DNA from: Vicingaceae bacterium
GTDB lineage: Bacteria > Bacteroidota > Bacteroidia > Flavobacteriales_E > Vicingaceae
Assembly (NCBI GenBank): GCA_965227255.1
Contig: CBDDFS010000003.1
Span: 27,503 to 91,502 of the forward strand
DNA: 64,000 nucleotides
Direction of reading: 5' to 3'
A model generated the notes under the pieces. The model searched no databases and was not told the DNA's origin. It was given only the letters and a program-made list of their open reading frames with translations. The stretch's first letter is position 1, and the number at the start of each line of letters is the position of its first letter. The position numbers and the translations under genes were made by a program. Of this stretch, positions 10,351 to 21,207 are shown piece by piece.

Positions 10351-13300
10351 ATGAATTCACTTCGAGCACAGACTTTCTTTCCTCTTAAAGTTCCGTTCTC
10401 ATTTATTCTTTTCTCTATTCTTTTTGTCGTCGCCCTTACAACTCCAAAGATCTCGAAAGCCACCCATGCCATGGGTATGGACCTTACCTATGTCCAGGTA
10501 AGTCAGGACACTTTTATTGTTACCGTGGCATTTTACCGCGATTGTTCTGGAGCTGCAGCTCCTGCCAGCCAGACTCTCAGGGTCAGAAGCCAATCCTGTA
10601 ATGAGAATTTCACGGTTACCTTACCTCGAATAGGACAGGCGGTTGAAACAACACCGGTATGTGCTAGTCTCGTTACGGTTTGTAATAATGGAACATTCCC
10701 TGGGTCGGAAGAATATATCTATCAGGCAACGGTAGTTCTGCCGGATCAATGTTCAGATTGGATATTTAGTACTGACAGATGCTGTAGAAATAACGCCATT
10801 ACAACAATTAACAATCCGGGCAACCAGGAAATCTTCGTTGAAGCGAAGATCAACAACTTCAATTCGAACTCTTCTCCTGTATTCTCAAATCCTCCTGTAC
10901 CATTTGTCTGCGGCAACCAGACTTACTGTTTCAATAATGGAGCCATCGATCAGGAAGGAGACTCTCTTGTTTACAGTTTGATCACACCCAGAACCGGAAC
11001 TGGAGCCAATGATACCATCACATTCCAGGCAGGATATGATAGATTTAATCCTCTTACCTCAAATCCTCCAATCTTTCTGGATTCAGCTACCGGTGACCTT
11101 TGTATGTTCCCGACGGATACAACAGAAATCGCCGTTCTGGCACTTTTAGTGGAAGAATACCGAAATGGAGTTTTCATGGGAAGCATCATGAGAGATATCC
11201 AACTGAGGATCATTGGTTGTCCGAATGGAAATTCAAATCCTGTTCTGAGTGGAATTGACTCAACTACTTCTTTTGTAACGAAAGTCTGTGCTAACACAAA
11301 TTTGAGCTTTGATGTTTTTGTAGATGATCCTGATACCGGACAGGTTGTTACAATGACGTGGAATCAGGCTGTGCAGGGTGCAACATTTAATGTGACCACA
11401 GATGATCGTCCTGTAGGGACTTTTTCATGGACACCTACCATCAACGATGTTCGAGATCAGCCTTATTGCTTTACAGTAACTGTATCAGACGACAACTGTC
11501 CATTCAATGCTCAGCAAACGGCGTCCTATTGTGTATATGTGGTTGGTGTCGCTGCGATCGTTGACTCACTCATCGATCCTTCCTGTTTCGGTTATTGTGA
11601 TGGTCGGGCCATGGCACGCGTTGTAAATGGTATACCTCCTTTTATTTATTCATGGAATGACCCCAGTAATCAGACAAATGCAAGGGCCATAAATTTATGT
11701 GCGGGAACATATACGGTAACCGGTACAGACAGCACAGGTTGTACGACCAGTGTGCCCATTTCACTTTTTGATCCAAAAGAAATTGAGCTGGACTTGGACA
11801 GTGTACCTACCTTATGTAATGGAACAAATGATGGAATGGCCATTGTAAGTTCCGTGGGAATGGGATTCCCGCCTTATTCATATCTCTGGGAAGTGGCTGC
11901 AGGTTCTCAAACTACAGATACAGCCTTCAACTTGGCTATTGGCACATACACAGTTACAGTAACAGATTCAAATGGATGTTTCGTCTCCGACTCTATAACC
12001 GTAACAGAACCAAATCCACTCGCACTGACCGGAAATGTAATTTCCAATGTGAGCTGTAATGCATATAATGATGGTCAGGCCTGGGTTCAGGTTAGTGGTG
12101 GAACAGCACCTTATTCTTATCAATGGGATAGCCTTTCCAATTTCCAGACGACGGATACAGCAAGCAATCTTTTAGCCGGAAACCATACCGTAGTTGTCAC
12201 CGATGTAAATGGCTGTATGGACTCGGTTAGTATCACGATTAACGAGCCGAATTCAGTTATCACACTAAGCTTATCGACAGTAGATATCAATTGTACGGGA
12301 GATAGTACAGGTTCCGCAACGGTGGTAGCATCAGGTGGAACACCACCCTACGCTTATCAATGGAGTGCCAATGCGGGTTCACAAACTACGGCAACAGCAA
12401 CGGGTCTTACAGCCGGAACATATAGTATTATAGTTACTGACCTGAACGACTGCTCGGCTATACCTTTCGTCGTGTTGACCGAACCTGCGAATGCGTTTGT
12501 AATTACACCGGTCGATTCATTTGTTGCTTGTAATGGTTTCACCGATGGAGTGGCGGGAGTTGAAGTTGCGGGAGGAAGTCCACCGTATACTTTCCAATGG
12601 GATGCCAATGCAGGAAATCAAACTACTCAATATGCCTCCAACCTGGGAGCAGGAACTTATTCAGTATTTGTAGATGATTCGCTAGGATGCGGTGACACAG
12701 TTAATGTGCAGGTTCTGGAAGCAGACACACCATTGGTTATTACCGTGGGCAAGGTGGATGTGACCTGCAACAATGGATTTGATGGTCAGGCTTTTGTTTC
12801 TGTGACCGGAGGACTTCAACCTTACACTATTCAATGGGATTCTGCCTCTGGATTTCAAACAGGAGATACGGCAAACAACTTAATGGCTGGAAACTATGCT
12901 GTTAGTATTTCTGATGATTTCGGCTGTGTGGTTGATACATCAGTATTAGTGAACGAGCCTCCACCACTATTGACTTTGACGACCAGTTCCACCAATGTAG
13001 CCTGTTTTGGAGACAGCACAGGTACGGCAACCGTTGTCGTGTCCGGAGGAACTCCACCTTATACATATCAATGGAGTGCAAATGCGGGTGGACAAACAAC
13101 TGATACAGCCTTCGGATTGCCGGCAGGCACTTATTTTGTAACTGCCTTTGACAGCAACAATTGTACCACATCACCGGGAATACTTATAGAAGAGCCTAGC
13201 GATCCGGTTAGGTCAAATATTGTTACTATGGACGCCCTTTGCTTTAACGATAGCAGCGGTATGGCCATTGCTCAGGCTTTTGGTGGAAATCCACCTTATA

Positions 13301-15921
13301 CATATCAATGGGATAGTCTAGCCGGAAATCAAACAACGGATACAGCATTTAATCTTTCAGCCGGAAATTACAATGTGACCGTAACCGATTCACTTGGTTG
13401 TACCTTCGATACCTTAGTTATGGTAAGTCAACCAAACGCACCATTGCAATTAACACTTGCGGCGAATGAAGTGAATTGTTTTGGCGGAACGGATGGTAGA
13501 GCCATTGCCACGGCTGGTGGAGGAACGAGTCCATACAGCATTCAATGGGGTGCACTTTCAAACAATCAGACAGGCGATACAGCATTGAATCTTGTGAGTG
13601 GTTATCATCTGGCGACCTTGAGTGATACCAACATGTGTTCAGTTACCGACAGCATATTTGTAGGTGGACCGGCCGAGCCTGTTGTTGGAGTGATGTCGGC
13701 CGTTGATGCAACTTGTAACGAAAGTTCAGATGGTCTGGCCATTGCAGAGGCAAGTGGTGGTACTGCACCTTACCTTTATGTTTGGGACAGCAGCACCGGA
13801 AATCAGGCCAATGATACAGCATTCAATTTATCAGCAGGAACTTACACTGTGCTGATCACAGATTCTAATAATTGCGATACTACTTTTAGTGTTATTGTGG
13901 GTGAACCATCGAGACTTGAAGATTCAGTATTTGTCTCTTCCAATTTTGGAGGATCTGACATCAAATGTTTTGGTGATTCAACAGGTGAAGCCACTGCACT
14001 GGGTATTGGTGGAACAGCACCTTACACGTATCAATGGGATACAGCGGCTGCAAATCAGACCACGTCCATTGCCACAGGACTAGGTGAAGGTACTTACCAG
14101 GTTGTGATCACCGATACTAATGGATGTATGACCAGTGGTTCTGTAAGTCTCGCAAACCCTCCTAAAGTTGGAGCCACCATTGCTCAGATCAAAAATATCT
14201 CTTGTTATGGTGGTAGTGATGGAAGGATCGAAGTAAATGGATCCGGAGGGACATCACCATATACTTACCTCTGGAATACAGCTCACACAGGAAATGTATT
14301 AGATAGTGTGCCAATTGGAACATATACTGTAACAATTACAGATTCCAATAATTGTGATTTCGACACAACATTTACATTAATTCAGGCCGACAGCATTACC
14401 ATTGATTCATTGATTGAAATAGATGCAGCATGTTTCGGCACTCAAACCGGATCAGCCGGTATATTTATAAGTGGCGGTACCACACCTTACTCCTATTTAT
14501 GGGAAGTTTCTCCTGGCATATTCCAGGTCACACAAACGGCTATCAATCTTGATGCAGGAACTTATCCCGTTCAGGTAACAGACTTTAATGGCTGTTCAAT
14601 ACTTGATACCGCTGAGATCCTTGAACCAGGAGAGGTCTTTGTAAGCGTATCAGACAACGACACCATCTGTGCCAGTCAACCAACGGTGCTAACTGCTTTA
14701 GGGTCGGGTGGTGATTCTGCGTCATACAGATACGTCTGGCTCCCTCCTCAACCTGACAGTAATGCAACGCAAACAGTCATGCCAACGACAACGACAAACT
14801 ATGCGGTGAGAGCAATGGATGCGAGTGGCTGCTTTAGCAACCCCGCCCTTGTTACTGTATTTGTCAGAACAATGGAAAATGACACGATCAACGTTGACGT
14901 TGATGGAGATGTGTGTGCAGGCGATACAGCAATCTTGACAGGTTTCCACAATGGACCGTTCGGAAACTACACCTACACCTGGAACAATGGTTTAACCGGC
15001 TTTGGGCCTCATGAAGTGAGGCCTGATTCGGCTACCGTTTACGTCATGACGGCGAGTGATATATGCGGAAATACTATCTCTGACTCGGTATCTGTAAATG
15101 TTTTTCCAAATCCTGACCTTGGTCTTGACAGCATTATTGCAATCGGTTGTGATCCACTGGCAGTTCAATTTGACGATACCGTGAATACAATGACGAATCT
15201 GACGTATTTATGGCAATTTGGTGATGGAAATGCATCTACTCAGAAAAGTCCTACCTATACTTATCTCACAGCTGGAACATATGATGTAACATTGTCTATC
15301 ACATCTGCGAATTCATGTACGACTACCAATAAGACCAGTCCATCATTGGTTATAGTGCACCCTACTCCTAGCTCAGACTTTAAAGCGGATCCGTTGAGAG
15401 CTGATATGAGAAACCCGGTCATTGATTTCACGGATCAAAGCACAGGGGCCATTTCATATACATGGCAGTTTGGAGATGGAGACACTTCGAAGACTAGGAA
15501 TCCTTCTCATACCTATGGAGACACAGGAAGTTATGTGGTGACCTTGACTTCAATTTCCGATCAGGGATGTGAAAGTCAGAGTCAACGAGAGATTATCATT
15601 GATGCTTATTATTTTATGTCGGTGCCCAATGCCTTTACTCCTTCCACCAGCAATGGCAATGGTGACTGGAGAAATGATCCAGCAGGAAATAAGATCTTCT
15701 ACCCTTACACAACAAATCCTGAAGCAGTTGTGGAATACGAAATGTTGATCTTCAACCGATGGGGTGAATTGATCTTTGAGTCGAAGAATATATTCACCGG
15801 CTGGAATGGATTCTATCGCGACAGAGAGAGTCCTCAGGAAGTGTACGTATATAAGATCAAGGTGCGCTGGGAAAATGGACAGACATTCGAAAAAACAGGT
15901 GACGTTACCCTTTTCAGATGA
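10351..15921 (+). CDS. Giant cell-surface adhesin: 13 SprB-type repeats, 2 PKD domains and a gliding-motility-associated (type B T9SS) C-terminal domain
   Basis: 1856 aa. Repeats of the form C.G..DG.A.V..SGG..PY.Y.W........T....NL.AGTY.V.V.D.NGC. PKD signatures W.FGDG. The C-terminal NAFTP...N.WGELIF...GW.G block is typical of CHU_C/type B sorting domains. Confidence 0.9.
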   Translation: MNSLRAQTFFPLKVPFSFILFSILFVVALTTPKISKATHAMGMDLTYVQVSQDTFIVTVAFYRDCSGAAAPASQTLRVRSQSCNENFTVTLPRIGQAVETTPVCASLVTVCNNGTFPGSEEYIYQATVVLPDQCSDWIFSTDRCCRNNAITTINNPGNQEIFVEAKINNFNSNSSPVFSNPPVPFVCGNQTYCFNNGAIDQEGDSLVYSLITPRTGTGANDTITFQAGYDRFNPLTSNPPIFLDSATGDLCMFPTDTTEIAVLALLVEEYRNGVFMGSIMRDIQLRIIGCPNGNSNPVLSGIDSTTSFVTKVCANTNLSFDVFVDDPDTGQVVTMTWNQAVQGATFNVTTDDRPVGTFSWTPTINDVRDQPYCFTVTVSDDNCPFNAQQTASYCVYVVGVAAIVDSLIDPSCFGYCDGRAMARVVNGIPPFIYSWNDPSNQTNARAINLCAGTYTVTGTDSTGCTTSVPISLFDPKEIELDLDSVPTLCNGTNDGMAIVSSVGMGFPPYSYLWEVAAGSQTTDTAFNLAIGTYTVTVTDSNGCFVSDSITVTEPNPLALTGNVISNVSCNAYNDGQAWVQVSGGTAPYSYQWDSLSNFQTTDTASNLLAGNHTVVVTDVNGCMDSVSITINEPNSVITLSLSTVDINCTGDSTGSATVVASGGTPPYAYQWSANAGSQTTATATGLTAGTYSIIVTDLNDCSAIPFVVLTEPANAFVITPVDSFVACNGFTDGVAGVEVAGGSPPYTFQWDANAGNQTTQYASNLGAGTYSVFVDDSLGCGDTVNVQVLEADTPLVITVGKVDVTCNNGFDGQAFVSVTGGLQPYTIQWDSASGFQTGDTANNLMAGNYAVSISDDFGCVVDTSVLVNEPPPLLTLTTSSTNVACFGDSTGTATVVVSGGTPPYTYQWSANAGGQTTDTAFGLPAGTYFVTAFDSNNCTTSPGILIEEPSDPVRSNIVTMDALCFNDSSGMAIAQAFGGNPPYTYQWDSLAGNQTTDTAFNLSAGNYNVTVTDSLGCTFDTLVMVSQPNAPLQLTLAANEVNCFGGTDGRAIATAGGGTSPYSIQWGALSNNQTGDTALNLVSGYHLATLSDTNMCSVTDSIFVGGPAEPVVGVMSAVDATCNESSDGLAIAEASGGTAPYLYVWDSSTGNQANDTAFNLSAGTYTVLITDSNNCDTTFSVIVGEPSRLEDSVFVSSNFGGSDIKCFGDSTGEATALGIGGTAPYTYQWDTAAANQTTSIATGLGEGTYQVVITDTNGCMTSGSVSLANPPKVGATIAQIKNISCYGGSDGRIEVNGSGGTSPYTYLWNTAHTGNVLDSVPIGTYTVTITDSNNCDFDTTFTLIQADSITIDSLIEIDAACFGTQTGSAGIFISGGTTPYSYLWEVSPGIFQVTQTAINLDAGTYPVQVTDFNGCSILDTAEILEPGEVFVSVSDNDTICASQPTVLTALGSGGDSASYRYVWLPPQPDSNATQTVMPTTTTNYAVRAMDASGCFSNPALVTVFVRTMENDTINVDVDGDVCAGDTAILTGFHNGPFGNYTYTWNNGLTGFGPHEVRPDSATVYVMTASDICGNTISDSVSVNVFPNPDLGLDSIIAIGCDPLAVQFDDTVNTMTNLTYLWQFGDGNASTQKSPTYTYLTAGTYDVTLSITSANSCTTTNKTSPSLVIVHPTPSSDFKADPLRADMRNPVIDFTDQSTGAISYTWQFGDGDTSKTRNPSHTYGDTGSYVVTLTSISDQGCESQSQREIIIDAYYFMSVPNAFTPSTSNGNGDWRNDPAGNKIFYPYTTNPEAVVEYEMLIFNRWGELIFESKNIFTGWNGFYRDRESPQEVYVYKIKVRWENGQTFEKTGDVTLFR
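11560..14630 (+). repeat. Coding tandem array of 13 diverged SprB repeats, about 75-80 aa each
   Basis: Thirteen copies of the GG(T/S)(P/A)PY(T/S)YQW...AGTYTVTVTD.NGC signature were counted in the translation. Confidence 0.85.
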
Positions 15922-17471
15922 AAAAAATCTCTCTCGTCATAATGCTTTTTTCCGTCATCCAAGGCATGGCCCAGGGAAAATGGAGCAGTAAAGAAAGTGC
16001 GAAACTTGATGATGCCGATATTTATCTGGAAATCACTGATTACAAGACAGCCCTTGAAATGTACAGTGATCTGTATAAAAAACATCCCGGAGAAAAAGAT
16101 CTGGACTTCAAAATAGGACTTTGCCTTTACAACCTGGGGAGAATTGACGAGTCGTTTTATTCTTTTGAGAAATCGGCCGAAGAGGGTAATATAAATGCCA
16201 AATACTATTTAGGCCTTTATTATCACAGAAATGAAAAATTCGATGAAGCATTGGCTCAATTTACTTCTTACCAATCTGAGGATGGAAGAAAAGACTTCGA
16301 CAAGGTTCAGGTAGACCTAATGATGGATATTTGCGAAAGGGCTGATAAAATGATGGCCGATCCTATTGACGCCATGGTTTATAATCTTGGAGAGAAAATC
16401 AATTCTGAATTTGATGACTACGGACCTTTGATCCAAAGTGATGAAAGCCTTCTTGCATTTACCAGCAGAAGAAAAGGAAGTACGGGTGGTGCCCTCGACC
16501 CTTACGGTGAGTATTTGGAAGATATCTATGTTTCTAATAGAATGAATGACGTTTGGTCTGATGCCGTGAATGCAGGTCCACCACTAAATACAGAAACCCA
16601 TGATGCGGCCGTAGGATTGAGTGCTGATGGAAACAGCATGATTATTTATCGAACGAATAAAGCCCTGACGGCCGGCGATTTATACCTGAGCACAAAGGAA
16701 AACGACAAATGGTCCAAACCTGTCAAACTGGATGAAGCTATAAACTCTGAATATCAGGAGGCAAGTGCAAGCATATCAAATGATCAGCGAGTCATTTATT
16801 TCAGCTCGAATCGCCCTGGTGGATTAGGTGGAAAAGATCTTTACCGGGTTGTAAGAATTACCGATGACATATGGAGCTTGCCACTGAATTTGGGTCCAAC
16901 TATTAATACCGAATACGATGAAGATGCGCCATTTATTCATCCCGACGATGAGAAGCTGTACTTCAGCTCAAAAGGACACAAAACCATGGGTGGTTATGAC
17001 ATTTTTGTTTCTTCTTTGAATGAAGATTATTGGAGCATGCCTAAGAACCTCGGCTATCCTGCGAATACCGTTGGTGATGACATTTTCTTTGTTTTGGCAG
17101 AAGATGGTAAAAGAGGCTATTATTCCTCTGAAAGAGATGATGGATATGGTGGTCATGATATATATGCTGTCTCTTTCGAGAATGACCTGGAAAGATTAAG
17201 GATTGTAAAGGGGAATATTTCCAATGAGGATGGATCGGCCATTGTAGCGAGCATTGATCTAAGTAATGAAAATGGTCAAACCATGGGAACCTATGTTACC
17301 AATGCAGTTACAGGTAATTATGTTATCGTTGTCCCGCCAAATCAGGACTTTTTCCTGAGCATTGAATCGGAAGGATACAAGACTATTGAGGATGAATTGC
17401 ATTATATAGGTGGAACTAACGTGAAGGAAAAAGTAAAAAATTATACCTTGGTAAAAAGTCTGGAACAATAA
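15918..17471 (+). CDS. TPR plus TolB-like (PD40) repeat periplasmic protein resembling the N-terminal two-thirds of Bacteroidota OmpA-family proteins, without an OmpA domain
   Basis: Signal peptide, TPR-like helices and five PD40-like blades (DIYVS, DLYLS, DLYRV, DIFVS, DIYAV). ATGA overlap with the adhesin stop. Confidence 0.75.
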   Translation: MKKISLVIMLFSVIQGMAQGKWSSKESAKLDDADIYLEITDYKTALEMYSDLYKKHPGEKDLDFKIGLCLYNLGRIDESFYSFEKSAEEGNINAKYYLGLYYHRNEKFDEALAQFTSYQSEDGRKDFDKVQVDLMMDICERADKMMADPIDAMVYNLGEKINSEFDDYGPLIQSDESLLAFTSRRKGSTGGALDPYGEYLEDIYVSNRMNDVWSDAVNAGPPLNTETHDAAVGLSADGNSMIIYRTNKALTAGDLYLSTKENDKWSKPVKLDEAINSEYQEASASISNDQRVIYFSSNRPGGLGGKDLYRVVRITDDIWSLPLNLGPTINTEYDEDAPFIHPDDEKLYFSSKGHKTMGGYDIFVSSLNEDYWSMPKNLGYPANTVGDDIFFVLAEDGKRGYYSSERDDGYGGHDIYAVSFENDLERLRIVKGNISNEDGSAIVASIDLSNENGQTMGTYVTNAVTGNYVIVVPPNQDFFLSIESEGYKTIEDELHYIGGTNVKEKVKNYTLVKSLEQ

Positions 17472-18476
17472 ATGAGAAAACACTTACACCTGGTTTTTAC
17501 GTTTATGATTTTTGGGAGTATTGTGATGGCTCAAACTCCCCAATTTTCTCAATTCTACGCGAATCAGGTATTGCTAAACCCTGCTTTTACTGGAAATACA
17601 CAACTGAACAGACTTGCGGCCAACTATCGCAATCAATGGGCGGGAATTCCAAAAGCATTCAATTCTTATTCTTTGGCCTACGATCATAATTTGGCCGAAT
17701 ACAATTTAGGTTTGGGTCTAATTGCAGTGCGTGATCAGGCTGGAACCGGGGGTCTCAGTTACACGAATTTCAGTGGATTAGCCGCATACAGATTCCAAAT
17801 AAAAGAAGAGCTCATGATCAACGCCGGTATGACGTATGGGGTCTCCATCCGTGCGGCAGATGCTTCAAGTTACACCTTCGGGGATCAACTTGTCAATGGT
17901 ACTTCTACATCTACAGCAGACATTACCGAGCGTAATTCATTTGGCGACTTTGGTGCTGGGTTTCTCATCTATAGTTTTAAATTCTGGGCAGGGATGAGCG
18001 CCCTTCATTTGAACCGACCGAATGAATCAATGGTCTTTGGACAAACAAGTCGAATGCCGATACTATGGTCAATTCATGGAGGTTATAATTTTGCTCTCGA
18101 GGAAACTGATAAGGGTGAAATAACAAAGAGTCTGATTCCTACCGCCAATTTGAAATTTTCCAGAAAGGCTGGCCAATTGGATCTTGGCGCCTATTACCAA
18201 AGGAAACGACTCATTCTTGGTGCTTGGTTCCGTGGATTGACTCTGTTCAAAAGTAATGATGATGGACAGCCTTCACATGATGCCGTTGTTATTATGGGTG
18301 GAATTCAATCGAAAAGTTTAAGGGTTGCTTATAGTTACGACATAACCACGTCAAGATTAGGGGTGACCGACTCCTATGGCTCTCATGAAATCTCCGTGGT
18401 TTATGAATGGCCGACAAAACAAAGAAAGAAGAAAAAGAGAAAGAAAAATTTCATCGTACCTTGTCCAAAATTCTGA
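17472..18476 (+). CDS. PorP/SprF-family type IX secretion system membrane protein
   Basis: N-terminal QFSQFYANQVLLNPAFTG signature and beta-barrel-like pattern. Starts immediately after the upstream stop. Confidence 0.9.
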   Translation: MRKHLHLVFTFMIFGSIVMAQTPQFSQFYANQVLLNPAFTGNTQLNRLAANYRNQWAGIPKAFNSYSLAYDHNLAEYNLGLGLIAVRDQAGTGGLSYTNFSGLAAYRFQIKEELMINAGMTYGVSIRAADASSYTFGDQLVNGTSTSTADITERNSFGDFGAGFLIYSFKFWAGMSALHLNRPNESMVFGQTSRMPILWSIHGGYNFALEETDKGEITKSLIPTANLKFSRKAGQLDLGAYYQRKRLILGAWFRGLTLFKSNDDGQPSHDAVVIMGGIQSKSLRVAYSYDITTSRLGVTDSYGSHEISVVYEWPTKQRKKKKRKKNFIVPCPKF

Positions 18477-18483
18477 TTTCTCT

Positions 18484-19092
18484 ATGACCAGGTACATTCT
18501 CACCTTTACAATCCTTTTAATCTTCTGCTTTCACAAGACTAATGCCCAGGATAAGATTCATTTATCCGGACTTGTAATGCAGATGAATCAAATCAAACCT
18601 GTTCCTTACACCACCATTCACATCCAAAACACAAAGAATGGTGTAATTGCCGGTCCACGTGGTCTGTTTCATATTGAAGTTGAAAAAGGTGACACCCTTG
18701 TATTTACAGCTGTTGGATGGAGAACTACCTATTTTGCCGTATCAGATACCTTAACTGAAACCAGTTATTCTATTATTCAGAAGATGCCAAAGGACACGAT
18801 CAAACTTAAAGCAGTGGAAATCAACTCATGGCCAAGCCTTGATCAATTCAATCGCACTTTTACAGAGGAAAAAGGTTTTGATAAGGAATATCCCATTGCT
18901 CAGAAAAATGCCTCTCCTCTGCTTGATCAGATCGACTACAGCAAAGAGATTGACATGAAAAACTACGAGGAGATGAATGGCAGAAGTTTTACCAATGTCT
19001 ATCCCAATGCACACATCCCTCTTAATGATGTGTTAAATCCCAAACGCTGGGATAACCTTGTGGAGAACTGGAAAAGTGGTAAACACCGCTGA
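18484..19092 (+). CDS. Carboxypeptidase-regulatory-like domain protein (secreted)
   Basis: The internal ATG at 18484 precedes the signal peptide MTRYILTFTILLIFCFHKTNAQ. GLV......PVPYTTIHIQNTKNGVIAGPRGLF motif. The ORF-track upstream extension overlaps porP/sprF. Confidence 0.7.
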   Translation: MTRYILTFTILLIFCFHKTNAQDKIHLSGLVMQMNQIKPVPYTTIHIQNTKNGVIAGPRGLFHIEVEKGDTLVFTAVGWRTTYFAVSDTLTETSYSIIQKMPKDTIKLKAVEINSWPSLDQFNRTFTEEKGFDKEYPIAQKNASPLLDQIDYSKEIDMKNYEEMNGRSFTNVYPNAHIPLNDVLNPKRWDNLVENWKSGKHR

Positions 19093-19165
19093 CCAATTTT
19101 CAGGATTGCACACATTCAGAGAAAAGAACAGAGGCTAACATCATGCCTTATTTTGCATATGGCAT

Positions 19166-20305
19166 TTATTCGTCTTTATGCAGCCTTATTTTATCGCGAA
19201 TTAACACAGCAAGTATTTGATTTCCAACTACGTTAAGATGACTCGGATCGGTGTAGAGATCCTTATCCCAATCCATTTCCATCGCCTTAAAAAGAAATGC
19301 ACAGCCCAAGGTATCGGCTGTCTGAAGTGAAACCGTGTTATAAGTTCTCATTACATTCATCACTTCAGATGGAGGAACAAATGGAATCCACCAAGAAAGT
19401 TGGCCGTCTTTTACATTTTCTTCATTCAATACCTGAGGCACAACAAGTATTTGGTCTGAATAAAGCTTTGAGATCTGTATAAGTTTTGTCAGGTTGTTCT
19501 TATAATAGTCTAAGGCCTTCGTATCTGGCTCATCATTCATTTGACCTGCGACCTGAGAGCTGTGAAAAGCACAAATGGGATAAATACCGGATGACTGCAT
19601 AACACGAACGAGGTAATAAATACTGGCTATTCTTGGTACATTCTCCAAATAACACAGACCCATGCTCCCAATCAAATGAGGATAGTGGAAATTGGAATAA
19701 TCAGAATGTAATTCGTGAACGTTTGAAGTCCTCATATCGTTCAATCCTGTGTGTAGAATAACTACATCTGGTTGGTATTTGTCAAGGTAAAGTGAGGCAG
19801 ATATAATATTTTCTATTGTGCTGTAACCAGGGACAGCCATATTAATGACTATACTGTCATCGCCCAAAAGCTCATCGAGAATATATGGCCAAGTCTGATC
19901 ATTGCTAACTCCCACACCATACGTTGTGGATCCACCAATAGTCACAATCACCGTTTTTTCCTCTAAATCCTTTTCGGTGTAACCCGGAGACCGATATCCA
20001 TCGGCATTGTGTTTTACCTGAAAACCCTGAAAGGTTTTTTCTATATTCTTCCGGTTGCTGACGGCAAGATATGGATGGGACTGAAATATCTCTTTGTTGG
20101 GGTGACTTCTCAGGTTATATAGCCAGTTTCCATGCTGGAACCTGAATAAGAGGCTCAATGCTAACTCTAAGAGTAAAAGGCTCATCAGAAAAATAAATGA
20201 AACTCTTTGAAATAATTTGAACTTATTCCCTTTGATCATATAAGCCGATGCGAAGATCAATGCATAGATCAGGAGTATTAGAGCGATGTATTTGAGGCCA
20301 ACCAA
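19166..20305 (-). CDS. SGNH/GDSL-type hydrolase-family protein with N-terminal transmembrane helices
   Basis: 379 aa. Two N-terminal hydrophobic helices. GGSTTYG block I-like and GLND block III-like motifs. Confidence 0.65.
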   Translation of the reverse strand: MVGLKYIALILLIYALIFASAYMIKGNKFKLFQRVSFIFLMSLLLLELALSLLFRFQHGNWLYNLRSHPNKEIFQSHPYLAVSNRKNIEKTFQGFQVKHNADGYRSPGYTEKDLEEKTVIVTIGGSTTYGVGVSNDQTWPYILDELLGDDSIVINMAVPGYSTIENIISASLYLDKYQPDVVILHTGLNDMRTSNVHELHSDYSNFHYPHLIGSMGLCYLENVPRIASIYYLVRVMQSSGIYPICAFHSSQVAGQMNDEPDTKALDYYKNNLTKLIQISKLYSDQILVVPQVLNEENVKDGQLSWWIPFVPPSEVMNVMRTYNTVSLQTADTLGCAFLFKAMEMDWDKDLYTDPSHLNVVGNQILAVLIRDKIRLHKDE

Positions 20306-20361
20306 GATTTATTCTTTAATTTACATGAAAGCTTAAAAGTAAGTTTTACAGAAACATTTTC

Positions 20362-21207
20362 GTGGAAAGCAAGCTGAATTTCCTCATTGAGAACAAGGAT
20401 CACCCGCCGATTCTCGCCGATCTATTTTTGAGTCCGGCGAAAAAGGCGCCCGTAGTGGTGTATTGCCATGGATATAAAGGTTTTAAGGACTGGGGGCACC
20501 TACCCTATATTGCGCCATATTTCTCGGTTCATAGTATGCACTTCCTGAAATTTAATTTCACACACAACGGTACAAGCCTAAATCAACCGGATGAATTCGT
20601 CGATCTCGAGTCTTTTGCTGAAAATAATTACAGTCGAGAGTTATTGGATGTCGAAAAGGTCATTGACTACCTTTTTTCTGATCGGAATGCCGACAAAGAA
20701 AAGATGGATCTGAATCAGGTCTATCTGATGGGACACAGTCGCGGCGGTGGAATTGCCATCTTGGTGGCATCAAAAGACAAAAGGATTAAGAAACTCGTTA
20801 CATGGGCTGCTGTCTCCGATTTTGCCAGAAGATTTCCAATTGGAAAGGCCATGAGCAAGTGGAAAGAAGAAGGCGTATTTTACATCAAGAATAGCAGAAC
20901 CAAACAAAATCTTCCTCACAATTATCAATTCTACGAGGACTTTGTAAAGAATCGGGAAAGGCTTGATATTAGTGAGGCAGAGAGAAATCTGGATATTCCT
21001 CACCTGCTTATACATGGCACACAAGATGAAAGTGTTTATCTCGGTGAAGCTTTGCATTTAATGAGTCTGAACGAAGATTGTAGCCTGATGAAAATCAAAG
21101 GAGGCACACATACGCTGGGAGCATATCATCCTTATGACAAACAGGAACTACCCCATGATGTCATGCTGGCCTTAAACTACACCCTGACTTTCCTGGAAAG
21201 TCAATGA
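20362..21207 (+). CDS. Alpha/beta-fold hydrolase
   Basis: GTG start. Nucleophile elbow GHSRGG. A C-terminal HG..D...... region consistent with a Ser-Asp-His triad. Confidence 0.8.
   Translation: MESKLNFLIENKDHPPILADLFLSPAKKAPVVVYCHGYKGFKDWGHLPYIAPYFSVHSMHFLKFNFTHNGTSLNQPDEFVDLESFAENNYSRELLDVEKVIDYLFSDRNADKEKMDLNQVYLMGHSRGGGIAILVASKDKRIKKLVTWAAVSDFARRFPIGKAMSKWKEEGVFYIKNSRTKQNLPHNYQFYEDFVKNRERLDISEAERNLDIPHLLIHGTQDESVYLGEALHLMSLNEDCSLMKIKGGTHTLGAYHPYDKQELPHDVMLALNYTLTFLESQ

Noticed and set aside
10399-15991. Several 60-110-aa ORFs embedded in or antisense to the giant adhesin gene
   Set aside because: All lie within a continuous 1856-codon frame with clear domain repeats. None has independent support.
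18376-18483. N-terminal extensions proposed by the ORF track (also 29937-30014, 37475-37714, 40646-40726 and 47167-47307)
   Set aside because: The extensions overlap upstream genes or repeat-filled spacers. In each case an internal ATG immediately precedes a clear signal peptide or first TM helix.
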